From Chitinophagaceae bacterium (GTDB lineage Bacteria; Bacteroidota; Bacteroidia; Chitinophagales; Chitinophagaceae), in assembly GCA_047600605.1 (NCBI GenBank), contig JASGKK010000002.1, positions 1,075,509 to 1,139,508 on the forward strand: DNA of 64,000 nucleotides, given 5' to 3'. How positions within the stretch are numbered: the first letter of the stretch is position 1; every line of letters begins with the position of its first letter. Position numbers and translations under genes: made by a program. Below, piece by piece: positions 1 through 9,385 of this stretch. The notes beneath the pieces were generated by a model. That model ran no database searches, had not been told where the DNA came from, and saw only the letters and a program-made list of their open reading frames with translations.

Positions 1-764
1 TTTTCCCCTTTCGGGGCAAAGGGGCGTCCTTTGATGTATTCAATAGTAGTGGTGTCGGGAGCAATCATGCCGCAGCGTGCACCCATTTCGATGCTCATAT
101 TACAGATGGTCATACGGGCCTCCATGCTGAGGGCGCGAATGGCGCTGCCGGCAAACTCTACGGCATAACCCGTGGCACCGCTTGCTGTAATAAGTGATAA
201 AATATAGAGTACGATGTCTTTGCTGACAACACCTTCATTGAGAGTACCTTCAATATTAATACGCATCAGTTTGGGGCGGCTTTGCAGCAGACACTGCGTG
301 GCCAGTACCATTTCTACTTCGCTGGTGCCTATACCAAAGGCAATACTGCCAAATGCACCATGGGTAGAAGTGTGGCTGTCGCCACATACAATGGTCATAC
401 CAGGTTGGGTAAATCCAAGTTCGGGGCCAATCACGTGTACGATGCCCTGGTAAGGATGTCCCAGTCCATATAATTCAATGCCATGTTCGGCGCAGTTTTT
501 CTTCAGTGCTTCTACCTGGCGGCGGGAGAGTTCTTCTTTAATAGGGAGGTGCTGATCAAGCGTGGGCACATTATGATCGGCGGTAGCCACTACCTGTTGC
601 GGACGAAATACTTTAATGCCTCTTTTATTGAGTCCGTTAAAAGCCTGCGGGCTGGTCACTTCATGAATGAAATGCTTATTGATATACAAAACAGAGGGGC
701 CGCCATCAATTGTTTTAACAACGTGGCGTTCCCAGATCTTTTCAAATAATGTTTTTCCTGCCAT
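1..764 (-). CDS. leuC: 3-isopropylmalate dehydratase large subunit, N-terminal ~254 codons (gene runs off the left edge)
   Basis: Absent from the ORF track because there is no stop inside the window. My reverse-strand translation from the ATG at 762-764 reads [42 protein letters not shown]... and later [23 protein letters not shown] (aconitase-family Fe-S motif). It lies directly downstream of leuA. Confidence 0.85.
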   Translation of the reverse strand, partial: MAGKTLFEKIWERHVVKTIDGGPSVLYINKHFIHEVTSPQAFNGLNKRGIKVFRPQQVVATADHNVPTLDQHLPIKEELSRRQVEALKKNCAEHGIELYGLGHPYQGIVHVIGPELGFTQPGMTIVCGDSHTSTHGAFGSIAFGIGTSEVEMVLATQCLLQSRPKLMRINIEGTLNEGVVSKDIVLYILSLITASGATGYAVEFAGSAIRALSMEARMTICNMSIEMGARCGMIAPDTTTIEYIKGRPFAPKGE

Positions 765-830
765 AATCTTCTTATCATCGGCTGCCGGTAAGGCTGCCTG
801 TAAAAACTTTGGTTTCGTTCAATCGTTGAT

Positions 831-2003
831 TCAGGCAGTAACTACTACAGCCTGATACTGGACAGCCAGTTCATGAAGATCTGTATCCTCCACTTCTTTT
901 TTGCTGTCGGCTACTTTCAGAAACGCTACATACAGCACATCCACATCGTTGCGGTTGAACTGATACCCCAGCAGATGCAGGCGATGAGCCAGTGCGGAGC
1001 GGCCGCTACGGGCGGTAAGTACGATTTTTGAACCATCAGCACCTACTTCTTCCGGAGCAATGATTTCATAAGTAAGTGCATCTTTGAGGAATCCATCCTG
1101 GTGAATGCCCGAAGAGTGAGAAAAGGCGTTGCTGCCCACGATAGCCTTATTGGCCTGCACAGGCATACGCATGGTATCGGCTACGAGGCGGCTCAGCGGG
1201 TTGAGTTGTTTTGTATTGATACTGGTATGATAACCGAGGGTTTGCTGATGCTGTTTCAGGATCATGACCACTTCTTCGAGTGATGTGTTGCCAGCGCGCT
1301 CACCGAGGCCATTGATGGTACATTCGATCTGCCGTGCGCCATTGATCACACCGGCAATGGAATTGGCAGTAGCCAGGCCCAGGTCATTGTGGCAATGACA
1401 ACTGAGGATGGCTTTGTCTACATTGGGTACATTGTTGATCAGGTAAGCGATCTTTTCACCATACTGATGAGGCAGGCAATAACCCGTAGTATCTGGGATA
1501 TTGACAACGGTAGCACCGGCTTTGATAACGGCCTCTACCACGCGGGCCAGGTATTCATTGTCGGTACGGCCGGCATCTTCGGCATAAAACTCCACATCAT
1601 CTACAAAGTTTTTGGCCCATTTCACACACTGCACAGCACGCTGCAGGATCTCTTCGCGGGTAGAGTTGAATTTCGATTTGATATGATAATCGGAGGTGCC
1701 GATGCCGGTATGGATACGTGGGCGGCGGGCCGGTTTAAGAGCTGCTGCTGCCGTTTCAATGTCTTTCTGTACCGCACGGCTGAGGCCGCAAACGGTTGCG
1801 TTTTTTATTACCCGCGATATTTCTGAAACAGACTCAAAATCGCCCGGCGATGAAATGGGGAAACCCGCTTCGATAATGTCAACGCCCAGCTCTTCGAGAG
1901 CCAGGGCCAGTTCAATTTTTTCTTTGGTATTCAATTTGCAACCAGGCACCTGCTCGCCATCGCGGAGCGTAGTGTCGAAGATGTAGATTTTTCCGTCGGC
2001 CAT
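831..2003 (-). CDS. leuA: 2-isopropylmalate synthase (short form)
   Basis: 390-aa ORF starting [25 protein letters not shown], with the metal-site motif [17 protein letters not shown] at 2001-2003. Confidence 0.92.
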   Translation of the reverse strand: MADGKIYIFDTTLRDGEQVPGCKLNTKEKIELALALEELGVDIIEAGFPISSPGDFESVSEISRVIKNATVCGLSRAVQKDIETAAAALKPARRPRIHTGIGTSDYHIKSKFNSTREEILQRAVQCVKWAKNFVDDVEFYAEDAGRTDNEYLARVVEAVIKAGATVVNIPDTTGYCLPHQYGEKIAYLINNVPNVDKAILSCHCHNDLGLATANSIAGVINGARQIECTINGLGERAGNTSLEEVVMILKQHQQTLGYHTSINTKQLNPLSRLVADTMRMPVQANKAIVGSNAFSHSSGIHQDGFLKDALTYEIIAPEEVGADGSKIVLTARSGRSALAHRLHLLGYQFNRNDVDVLYVAFLKVADSKKEVEDTDLHELAVQYQAVVVTA

Positions 2004-2213
2004 AATTTATCAATATATTGGAGTTGATAAAAATGCAGGCTGCTTATTTTTGCTTGCTTGCTATTTTATGGAACCATAAACAACCTGCAGAACTAAATTA
2101 ACCTCTCTTGGGGGGCGGGTAAAACCAAAATTGCCAGGGTTTTACACGATTAAAAATGGCAAAAAACGCCTGAAACCCTTTACAGACAAGGGTTTCAAAA
2201 TACAGGAATTACG

Positions 2214-3761
2214 ATGCCCAACCGTTCTACAGATGCTTTGTTTCAACTGGTAAAGTCGCTGGAAAAGAGTGAAAAACGCAATTTCAAGCTCTTTGTCAAG
2301 CGCAATTCAGCGTCGGAAGACCTCAAGATCATCCAGCTTTTTGATGCGCTGGATAAGATGGCCGATTATGATGAGGCTACCCTGCTCAAAAAGAATAAGG
2401 CTATCCGCAAACAACAGCTTTCCAATATGAAGGCCCATCTGTACAAACAGATACTGGCCAGCCTCCGTATTATCAAGGACGAGAATAATATTGATATCCA
2501 GCTGCATGAGCTGATGGATCATGCCCGTATTCTCTATAATAAAGGCCTCTACCTGCAGACCCTTAAAGCACTCAAGCAGTTTAAAGACCTGGCAAGGGAA
2601 AATAACCAGATCAGTTACCTGCAGCAGGCACTTTTCTTTGAAAAGAAAATAGAAGCCTTATACATTACCCGCAGCATGCAGCACCGGGCCGATGAGCTGT
2701 GCCAGGAATCCGATAATGTCAATAACGCACTAACGATAGTTAACCGTCTGTCCAATCTTTCGCTGCAGCTGTACAGTTGGTATATTCAGCATGGTCATGC
2801 CCGCAATGAGAAAGATATGCGCAGCATACAGGTGTTTTTTCAGATCAACCTGCCGTCCGAAGCCGGCCGTCTGACCGGTTTTTATGAGCGGCTCTACCTC
2901 TATCAGAGTTATTGCTGGTATGCATTTATCCGCCTTGATTTTCTTCAATACTATCGGTATTGTCAGAAATGGGTGGATCTTTTTGACACTAATCCCGATA
3001 TGCTGGCTGTAGAAACGGCCAGCTATATCAAAGCCATGCACAACCTGATGAGTGCTCACTTTGACCTGCTCAATTCAGATAAGCTTGCTGCTGATATCAA
3101 AAAGTTTGAACAGTTTGCACGTCACAAACTGGTAACCCAAAACGACAATAACCGCATTCTTACCTATCAGTACCTGTATACGGCACGTATCAACCTGTAT
3201 TTTTTGCAGGGCACTTTTGATAAAGGGCTCAAGATGGTTCCTTTTCTCGAAGACATGCTGAAGCAGTACGGTATTTACCTCGATACGCACCGGGTACTTG
3301 TATTTTACTATAAAATAGCCTGTCTCTATTTTGGCAGTGGTGATAATGAAAAGGCGATCGATTACCTCAACCGCATTATTAACCAGAAAGCCGATCTGCG
3401 TACCGACCTGCAGTGTTATGCCCGCCTGCTGCACCTGATCGCGCATTATGAACTCGGCAACTTTGATTTGCTCGAATACCTGATCAAATCGGTCTATCGC
3501 TATATGGCCAAGATGGAAAACCTGAGTAAGGTGGAAGAGGAGATGTTTGCTTTCCTTCGCCGTTCCTTTCATGTGGGTGCCCATGCCCTGACTCCTGAAT
3601 TTGAAAAACTACTGATAAAGCTTAAAAAGTATGAAGGCAATCCGCTCGAGACCCGCGCCTTCGCCTATCTTGATGTGATCTCCTGGCTCGAAAGCAAGAT
3701 CCATAAAGTGAATGTGCAGGATGTGATCAGGGAGAAATATGCCAGGCAGAAAAAGAAATAA
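2214..3761 (+). CDS. conserved hypothetical protein, all-helical/TPR-like
   Basis: 515-aa uninterrupted ORF with an ATG start and helical-repeat-like composition. The antisense ORFs inside it are short. I recognise no catalytic motif. Confidence 0.8.
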   Translation: MPNRSTDALFQLVKSLEKSEKRNFKLFVKRNSASEDLKIIQLFDALDKMADYDEATLLKKNKAIRKQQLSNMKAHLYKQILASLRIIKDENNIDIQLHELMDHARILYNKGLYLQTLKALKQFKDLARENNQISYLQQALFFEKKIEALYITRSMQHRADELCQESDNVNNALTIVNRLSNLSLQLYSWYIQHGHARNEKDMRSIQVFFQINLPSEAGRLTGFYERLYLYQSYCWYAFIRLDFLQYYRYCQKWVDLFDTNPDMLAVETASYIKAMHNLMSAHFDLLNSDKLAADIKKFEQFARHKLVTQNDNNRILTYQYLYTARINLYFLQGTFDKGLKMVPFLEDMLKQYGIYLDTHRVLVFYYKIACLYFGSGDNEKAIDYLNRIINQKADLRTDLQCYARLLHLIAHYELGNFDLLEYLIKSVYRYMAKMENLSKVEEEMFAFLRRSFHVGAHALTPEFEKLLIKLKKYEGNPLETRAFAYLDVISWLESKIHKVNVQDVIREKYARQKKK

Positions 3762-3810
3762 TGTGTTAATGTGCGGAATGTGCTGATATGCTAATGCAAG
3801 AAGGGGAGAT

Positions 3811-3936
3811 TGATTTGAAGATTTGGTGATTTGAGAATTTGAAGATGGAGGAAGTGGCTGGTGGCCGGTGGACAGTGGCCGGTAGCCCTCTTTAAACCCT
3901 TTATACTCCTTATACCCTTTAAACTTTTAAACCTTT
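3811..3936. repeat. composite intergenic micro-tandem array R1 (octamers, heptamers, then nonamers)
   Basis: 3811-3853: GATTTGAA GATTTGGT GATTTGAG AATTTGAA GATGGAGG. 3853-3885: TGGCTGG TGGCCGG TGGACAG TGGCCGG. 3888-3936: CTTTAAACC CTTTATACT CCTTATACC CTTTAAACT TTTAAACCTTT, the reverse complement of GT[A/T]TAAAGG units. Confidence 0.85.
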
Positions 3937-4069
3937 GCCCGCCGTTGTGGATAATCTTTGCTGCTTTGTGAAATATTTTGGCCTCCGATGAACTTTTTCC
4001 GTCTTACTTTTGCGCAATTTGTTCAACCAGAGCCTGGTGGTAAACCTGGCAAAAAAACTTCATAACTTA

Positions 4070-5176
4070 ATGACAGATAAACAATTACCCGCTGTATTGG
4101 TACTGGCTGATGGTACCGTGGCTCATGGCAAAGCATTTGGCGCTATCGGTACTACTACCGGCGAAATTTGTTTTAATACAGGCATGACCGGTTATCAGGA
4201 AGTATTTACCGACCCCAGCTATTATGGTCAGATCCTGATCATGAATACGGTGCACGTGGGTAACTATGGAGTAAAAGATGATGAGGTAGAGTCTGATAAT
4301 GTAAAGATCCGTGGCCTCATTGGCCGCAATCTCGAAGAAGGTTATTCCCGCAAACTGGCCAAAGGCTCACTCGAAGATTACCTGAAAGCAAACAATATCG
4401 TTTCTATCGAAGGCGTAGATACCCGCGCCCTGGTAGCGCATATCCGCACCAAAGGGGCGATGAACTGTATCATTTCTTCTGAGACCACGGATGTGGAAGC
4501 GCTGAAAGCTCAACTGGCGCAGGTGCCTGACATGGATGGCTTGGAACTTGCCTCTCAGGTGAGCACGACCGAAGCTTATGAAATGGGCAACCCTGACTCA
4601 GACGTGCGTATTGCAGTAATGGATTATGGTGTAAAACAGCATATCCTGCAGTGCATGACAGATCGCGGGGCTTTTGTAAAAGTATTTCCCGCCAAAACGG
4701 CTCTCGCAACGGTGAACGCATTTAATCCGCATGGCTATTTTATTTCCAATGGCCCGGGCGATCCTTCGGCAATGGACTATGCGATCACAACGGTAAAAGA
4801 AATTCTGAAAGAAGAAAAACCTGTATTCGGAATCTGTCTCGGACATCAGTTGCTGGCTCTGGCCAACGATATCCCTACATTTAAAATGCACCATGGTCAC
4901 CGTGGGCTCAATCATCCGGTAAAAAACCTGGTGACTGGCCGTTCGGAGATCACCACGCAAAATCATGGTTTTGGTGTAGATCCGGAAGCAGTAAAGAAAG
5001 CGGATCATATTGAAATAACCCATGTCAACCTCAACGATCAGTCTATCGAAGGTATAAGGGTGAAGGGTAAACCTGCATTTTCTGTGCAGTATCACCCCGA
5101 AAGCACACCCGGACCTCACGACAGCCGTTACCTGTTTGATCAGTTTATTGATCTGATCAGGCAACATAACAATTAA
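4070..5176 (+). CDS. carA: carbamoyl-phosphate synthase small (glutamine amidotransferase) subunit
   Basis: MTDKQLPAVLVLADGTVAHGKAFG...GMTGYQEVFTDPSYYGQI, the GICLGHQLL active-site Cys, and HGHRGLNHPV. The track ORF begins at a TTG (4010); the in-frame ATG at 4070 fits homologue N-termini better. Confidence 0.93.
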   Translation: MTDKQLPAVLVLADGTVAHGKAFGAIGTTTGEICFNTGMTGYQEVFTDPSYYGQILIMNTVHVGNYGVKDDEVESDNVKIRGLIGRNLEEGYSRKLAKGSLEDYLKANNIVSIEGVDTRALVAHIRTKGAMNCIISSETTDVEALKAQLAQVPDMDGLELASQVSTTEAYEMGNPDSDVRIAVMDYGVKQHILQCMTDRGAFVKVFPAKTALATVNAFNPHGYFISNGPGDPSAMDYAITTVKEILKEEKPVFGICLGHQLLALANDIPTFKMHHGHRGLNHPVKNLVTGRSEITTQNHGFGVDPEAVKKADHIEITHVNLNDQSIEGIRVKGKPAFSVQYHPESTPGPHDSRYLFDQFIDLIRQHNN

Positions 5177-5234
5177 GATGACTGACTGTTGCCGGACGAT
5201 GGTTTCGCAACAGCCAGTAAAAATATAAGGTACT

Positions 5235-5768
5235 ATGTTTCCGGAATTGCAGACAACCAATTACTGGCTAAAGGAAATTCAAAGGGCTGATCAGCCCTTT
5301 GTTTATGAAGGACTCAGCCATCCGGAAGTGATCCGTTATTATGGAGTGTGGTACGATTCACTGGAAGCCACTGCGGGACAAATGGATTTCTATGAGCGTG
5401 TATGGAAAGAGCAGACGGGATGTTTCTGGAAGATCGTATCAAAAGAAACCGGTGAAGCCCTGGGTGTATGTGGTATGAATGGATATCTGGCACAACATGA
5501 ACGGGCCGAATTGGGTTACTGGTTATTGCCGGCTTACTGGGGCAGGGGAGTAATGAGAGAAGTATTACCCGTGGTGATACAACATCTTTTTTCGCAATGG
5601 AAACTGCACCGGCTCGAAGCAGTAGTGGAAGAAGGCAATGAAGCCAGCAGCCGCCTGGCAGAGAAGCTGGGTTTTGTGTTTGAAGGTGTTTTGCGCGATG
5701 CAGAAATCAAAAAAGGAAAAAGGGTCTCGTTGCGGATGTACAGTATGATGAAGAGTATAAAGGTATAA
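5235..5768 (+). CDS. GNAT family N-acetyltransferase (RimJ/RimL-like)
   Basis: 177-aa ORF with an acetyl-CoA-binding-like segment, WGRGVMREVLPVVIQHLF...LHRLEAVVEEGNEASSRLAEKLGF. Confidence 0.8.
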   Translation: MFPELQTTNYWLKEIQRADQPFVYEGLSHPEVIRYYGVWYDSLEATAGQMDFYERVWKEQTGCFWKIVSKETGEALGVCGMNGYLAQHERAELGYWLLPAYWGRGVMREVLPVVIQHLFSQWKLHRLEAVVEEGNEASSRLAEKLGFVFEGVLRDAEIKKGKRVSLRMYSMMKSIKV

Positions 5769-5835
5769 AAGTTTAAAGGGTATAAGGAGTATAAAGGGTT
5801 TAAAGGGGACTGCTGACCACCAACCACTGGCCACC
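5753..5835. repeat. micro-tandem array R2 (nonamers then CCANNNN heptamers)
   Basis: AGTATAAAG GTATAAAAG TTTAAAGG GTATAAGGA GTATAAAGG GTTTAAAGG, followed by GGACTGCTGA CCACCAA CCACTGG CCACC. It overlaps the last codons and the stop of the GNAT gene. Confidence 0.85.
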
Positions 5836-5858
5836 AAAAAAGAATTATATTCGTTGCC

Positions 5859-6278
5859 ATGAAAATTGCGATCATCAACGGACCTAACCTGAACCTGCTG
5901 GGCAAACGGGAACCGGGTATTTATGGCAGCGAATCATTTGAAGATTTTCTGCAGAAGCTCCGGGCGAAATATCCACAGGTGCAGTTTTCCTATTTTCAAA
6001 GTAATATTGAAGGTGAACTGATCGATGAACTGCAACGTACCGGTTTTGATGCTGATGGTATTATTATGAATCCCGGTGGCTATACGCATACTTCAGTAGC
6101 TATTGGCGATGCCATTGCTGCTATAAAAGCACCTGTGGTAGAGGTGCATATCTCCAATGTACATGCGCGGGAAGAGTTCCGGCACCTTTCTCATGTAAGT
6201 GCCAAAGCTGCCGGCAGCCTGATCGGCCTCGGACTGAAGGGGTACGATCTGGCCGTGGCTTATCTGCTGGAACGGTAA
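5859..6278 (+). CDS. aroQ: type II 3-dehydroquinate dehydratase
   Basis: MKIAIINGPNLNLLGKREPGIYG...NPGGYTHTSVAIGDA...VEVHISNVHAREEFRH, the classic AroQ signature. Confidence 0.93.
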   Translation: MKIAIINGPNLNLLGKREPGIYGSESFEDFLQKLRAKYPQVQFSYFQSNIEGELIDELQRTGFDADGIIMNPGGYTHTSVAIGDAIAAIKAPVVEVHISNVHAREEFRHLSHVSAKAAGSLIGLGLKGYDLAVAYLLER

Positions 6279-6419
6279 AATCAACTGTTTGGGAATAATT
6301 TTTGTGCTGGTAAAGCAGGTATTTCTGCTGTAAAGGGAATACCAACCGGTCTGTATTTGCGTTTATAGGGTAGACCGGTAGAAGAGGATGATCTATCGGA
6401 TAAGAATAAAACTTTGATC

Positions 6420-7127
6420 ATGCGTATTTTACTGATTGTTGCTGCTTTATTTTCCGGTTATGTGACTGCTGCCCAATGGAAGGATTTTATCATCAGCGTG
6501 CGTGGCGATACGCTGAACCGGGTTGACCTGAGTGGCAAACGCCAGGGACCCTGGGTGATGCATGTAGATGCACTGCGCGGCGAGCAGGGGTATGATGAAC
6601 AGGGTTATTATGAAGATGATCTGAAAGTGGGCAAGTGGGTACGTTTTTCGCTGATGGGCGATAAGATTGCAGAAGAGAACTATCGCTGGGGTTACCTCGA
6701 TGGACGTTCAAAATACTATAATCATACTGGCAGCCTGATTCGTGAAGAAAGCTGGCGCGCTTTTGAACCCGGTAAGGCCTTTGATACCGTAGATGTGGTA
6801 GACCCTACTGACCCCTCGCGTATAAAAAACCGGGTAGTAGTAAAAGTAGATGGTAAGACCATGCGCCATGGCGAATGGAAATATTATGATTCCGACTGGG
6901 GTACTGTCTACAAAACCGAGCAATGGTTTATGGATTCCCTTAAAACAGGCAAGGACCCCGATGCCCTGGCGGCTGAAGTAGATGATGACCTGAAGCCAAT
7001 TGATGTCGGCGGCAACAATAAAGACAAAAAAGAAACAAAGAAACCACAGGCCATCCTGGATTACGAAAAGAAAAACTCCGGTAAGAAAAAAGTGAATGTG
7101 CGGGATGGACGGACGGGAGGGAATTAA
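6420..7127 (+). CDS. secreted MORN/YwqK-like repeat protein with a Lys-rich tail
   Basis: Signal peptide MRILLIVAALFSGYVTAAQ. Repeated G.W..Y/dG...Y patterns (GPWVMH, KVGKWVRF, YLDGRSKYY, RHGEWKYY). The ATG at 6420 is preferred over the TTG at 6414. Confidence 0.7.
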   Translation: MRILLIVAALFSGYVTAAQWKDFIISVRGDTLNRVDLSGKRQGPWVMHVDALRGEQGYDEQGYYEDDLKVGKWVRFSLMGDKIAEENYRWGYLDGRSKYYNHTGSLIREESWRAFEPGKAFDTVDVVDPTDPSRIKNRVVVKVDGKTMRHGEWKYYDSDWGTVYKTEQWFMDSLKTGKDPDALAAEVDDDLKPIDVGGNNKDKKETKKPQAILDYEKKNSGKKKVNVRDGRTGGN

Positions 7128-7130
7128 AAA

Positions 7131-7190
7131 GTATAAAAGTTTAAAGGGTATAAAGGGTATAAAGGGTATAAAGGGTATAAAGGGTATAAT
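7131..7190. repeat. micro-tandem array R3 (nonamer GTATAAAGG)
   Basis: GTATAAAA GTTTAAAGG, then four perfect GTATAAAGG units (7148-7183), then GTATAAT. It lies between two convergent gene ends (7127 and 7212). Confidence 0.9.
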
Positions 7191-7211
7191 AAACTTATTA
7201 CTTAAAACTCA

Positions 7212-8030
7212 CTACTTATTACTTTCCCTAAAGTAGTTGCTGAAAAACAACAATTGATACTGCACCGCATTGCCCCAGTAATTCCAGTCATGCTTACCGG
7301 GACGTTCGATATAGTCGTGCGGAATTTTTAGTTTCAGCATTTTTTCGTGCAGGCGGTGGTTGATGTCATAAAAGAAATCTTCGGTACCGCAGTCGATGAT
7401 CATACGCGGGGTCCCCTTTTCCATTTTTTCGATTACATGTAATACTGAGTAGTTGTCCCAGTTGGAGGCATAGCGTACCGTGTCGCCAATACGTTTGGAA
7501 ATATCGAAACGTGAACGGGAACTGTTGAGGTCCACACCGCCGCTCATGCTGCCGCAGGCGCCAAAGAAGTCGGCATGGCGAATACCCAGGAATAAACCGC
7601 CATGGCCGCCCATGCTAAGACCGGTGATGGCGCGTCCTTTTTTGTCGGGAACCACAGAGTAGTGCGATTCAATATAGGCGGGTACTTCGGTGGCTATATA
7701 AGTTTCATAACGCATGGCACTGTCGACCGGGCTGTCGAAATACCAGCTGCTGTAATCCCCATCGGGGCATACGATCATTAATCCATATTTATCGGCATAG
7801 GTAGACAGGGCGGGAACTTTCTGGATCCAGTTGCTGTAGTTGCCGCTGTAACCATGCAGCAGGTATACCACCGGCCAGCCAGTGGCGGGTGGTACCGTAG
7901 CTGGTTGTATGACTACACAGCGGATATCCTTTTTCATAGCCTGGCTGCGTATCACGACGGTGTCGACCCAGCCGGCAGATGAACAGTTGACAATCAGTAA
8001 AAGGCAAAGGGAAATGATCATTTTTTGCAT
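7212..8030 (-). CDS. esterase family protein (alpha/beta hydrolase, putative esterase/CE1-like)
   Basis: 272-aa ORF with an N-terminal signal-like segment, the nucleophile elbow GLSMGGHG and VVYLLHGYSGN. Confidence 0.85.
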   Translation of the reverse strand: MQKMIISLCLLLIVNCSSAGWVDTVVIRSQAMKKDIRCVVIQPATVPPATGWPVVYLLHGYSGNYSNWIQKVPALSTYADKYGLMIVCPDGDYSSWYFDSPVDSAMRYETYIATEVPAYIESHYSVVPDKKGRAITGLSMGGHGGLFLGIRHADFFGACGSMSGGVDLNSSRSRFDISKRIGDTVRYASNWDNYSVLHVIEKMEKGTPRMIIDCGTEDFFYDINHRLHEKMLKLKIPHDYIERPGKHDWNYWGNAVQYQLLFFSNYFRESNK

Positions 8031-8110
8031 GCCTTAAAGATAGGTAAATGCGGAGGTGGGTTGCATGAGGTGGCTGTTGTTTTTATCAGGGTTGTCAGTT
8101 TGCGGTCTAT

Positions 8111-8134
8111 AGGCCCGCGATGCATCGCGGGCCT
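8111..8134. repeat. perfect 24-bp palindrome in a divergent promoter region
   Basis: AGGCCCGCGATG|CATCGCGGGCCT is its own reverse complement. It lies between the esterase start (8030, minus) and the SPFH start (8241, plus). Confidence 0.8.
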
Positions 8135-8240
8135 GCAGCATTTTTGTGATCTGGTGCCTTCACAGCTTTTTCCGTTTAATTTGGAAATTTCCTTTTCATG
8201 ATCTATATTTGATATCATTTTGATATCAAACTAAAAGCAT

Positions 8241-9116
8241 ATGGAAAAGCTCATAAAACCTGTATCGGGATTTTTTGCCCTCTTGCTGGCATTCCTCTTT
8301 TTGCTGGGCGGTATTGCCCTCATGGCCGTATTCAATCCCGAACAGGATGGTTCGGCTGCTCTTTTTACAGTAGGCCTGTTGCTGGTCGTTGCATCCCTGT
8401 TTTTATTTAAAGGACTTACGATCATCAACCCCAATCACTCCCGCGTGTGTGTATTCTTTGGTAAGTATGTGGGTACGGTCAAGGAAAACGGATTAAAATT
8501 TATCAACCCGTTTTATAAACGGATCAATATCTCATTGCGCGCGCAGAACCTGGAAAGTTCCAAGTTGAAAGTGAATGATAAAATGGGTAACCCCATTGAG
8601 ATCGGTGCAGTGATCGTATGGCAGGTACGCGATACCTATAAAGCTGCTTTTGAAGTGGCCAATTATGATCAGTATGTAAAGGTGCAGAGTGAAGCGGCCA
8701 TTCGTCACCTGGCCAATAGTTTTCCTTATGATAATCTCGAAGATGAAACGGCTGATATCACCCTGCGCGATGGGGCACTGAAAGTAAATCAGATACTGGA
8801 AGAGGAACTGAATGAACGATTGGCTCCCGCCGGCCTTGTGGTCATAGAAGCGCGCATCAGTCATCTGGCTTATGCTGCAGAGATTGCAGGAGCCATGCTG
8901 CAGCGTCAGCAAGCCACGGCAATTGTAGCGGCACGTACCAAGATCGTGGAAGGTGCAGTAGGTATGGTAGAAATGGCACTCGAGATGCTGGCTGCCAAAC
9001 AGGTGGTCACACTCGACGATGAAAAGAAAGCGGCTATGGTCAGCAACCTGATGGTGGTGCTTTGCGGAGAGAAAGCTGCTTCACCTGTGCTCAATACCGG
9101 CACCCTTTATCAGTAA
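8241..9116 (+). CDS. SPFH/band-7 domain membrane protein
   Basis: Two N-terminal TM segments, then the SPFH-like core (VKENGLKFINPFY...VNDKMGNPIEIGAVIVWQV...) and an Ala-rich coiled-coil tail. Confidence 0.85.
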   Translation: MEKLIKPVSGFFALLLAFLFLLGGIALMAVFNPEQDGSAALFTVGLLLVVASLFLFKGLTIINPNHSRVCVFFGKYVGTVKENGLKFINPFYKRINISLRAQNLESSKLKVNDKMGNPIEIGAVIVWQVRDTYKAAFEVANYDQYVKVQSEAAIRHLANSFPYDNLEDETADITLRDGALKVNQILEEELNERLAPAGLVVIEARISHLAYAAEIAGAMLQRQQATAIVAARTKIVEGAVGMVEMALEMLAAKQVVTLDDEKKAAMVSNLMVVLCGEKAASPVLNTGTLYQ

Positions 9117-9135
9117 AACTAAATGAGACCTGGGC

Positions 9136-9321
9136 ATGGGCGACAAAAAATCATTTGTGATCCGTATTGATGCAGATACTTATAAGGCATTGGAAAAATG
9201 GGCGTCCGATGAGTTTCGCAGTGTCAATGGACAAATTGAATGGGTACTTTATCAGAAACTGAAAGAAGCCGGTCGCATCCGTGATAACACGGAAAAAGGA
9301 AAACAAAAGCCATCGAAATAA
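9136..9321 (+). CDS. Arc/ribbon-helix-helix-like small DNA-binding protein
   Basis: 61 aa. KSFVIRIDADTYKALEKWASDEFRSVNGQIEWVL fits a beta-strand plus two-helix RHH layout. It starts 19 nt after the SPFH gene. Confidence 0.6.
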   Translation: MGDKKSFVIRIDADTYKALEKWASDEFRSVNGQIEWVLYQKLKEAGRIRDNTEKGKQKPSK

Positions 9322-9350
9322 TCGTTTTGTAATAGCGAAGAAAATATGCT

Positions 9351-9385
9351 AAACCGCCTGCAAGAGCAGGCGGTTTTTTCTTTTT
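9351..9385 (+). terminator. intrinsic terminator
   Basis: AAACCGCCTGC-AAGA-GCAGGCGGTTT, an 11-bp perfect stem, followed by TTTCTTTTT. Confidence 0.8.

Noticed and set aside
214-855. Four plus-strand ORFs of 62-88 aa at the left edge
   Set aside because: The opposite strand encodes a clean LeuC N-terminus ([14 protein letters not shown]...CGDSHT), so the plus-strand ORFs are antisense noise.
2004-2213. Leucine attenuator or leader peptide upstream of leuA
   Set aside because: I read the minus strand upstream of the leuA ATG and found no Leu-rich short ORF. Only generic hairpins are present, for example GAAACCCTT-TACAGAC-AAGGGTTTC at about 2171-2195.
7131-7190. Possible CRISPR array (also considered for the other short tandem arrays)
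   Set aside because: The units are 7-9 nt and directly abutting, with no spacers. No cas genes are in the window.
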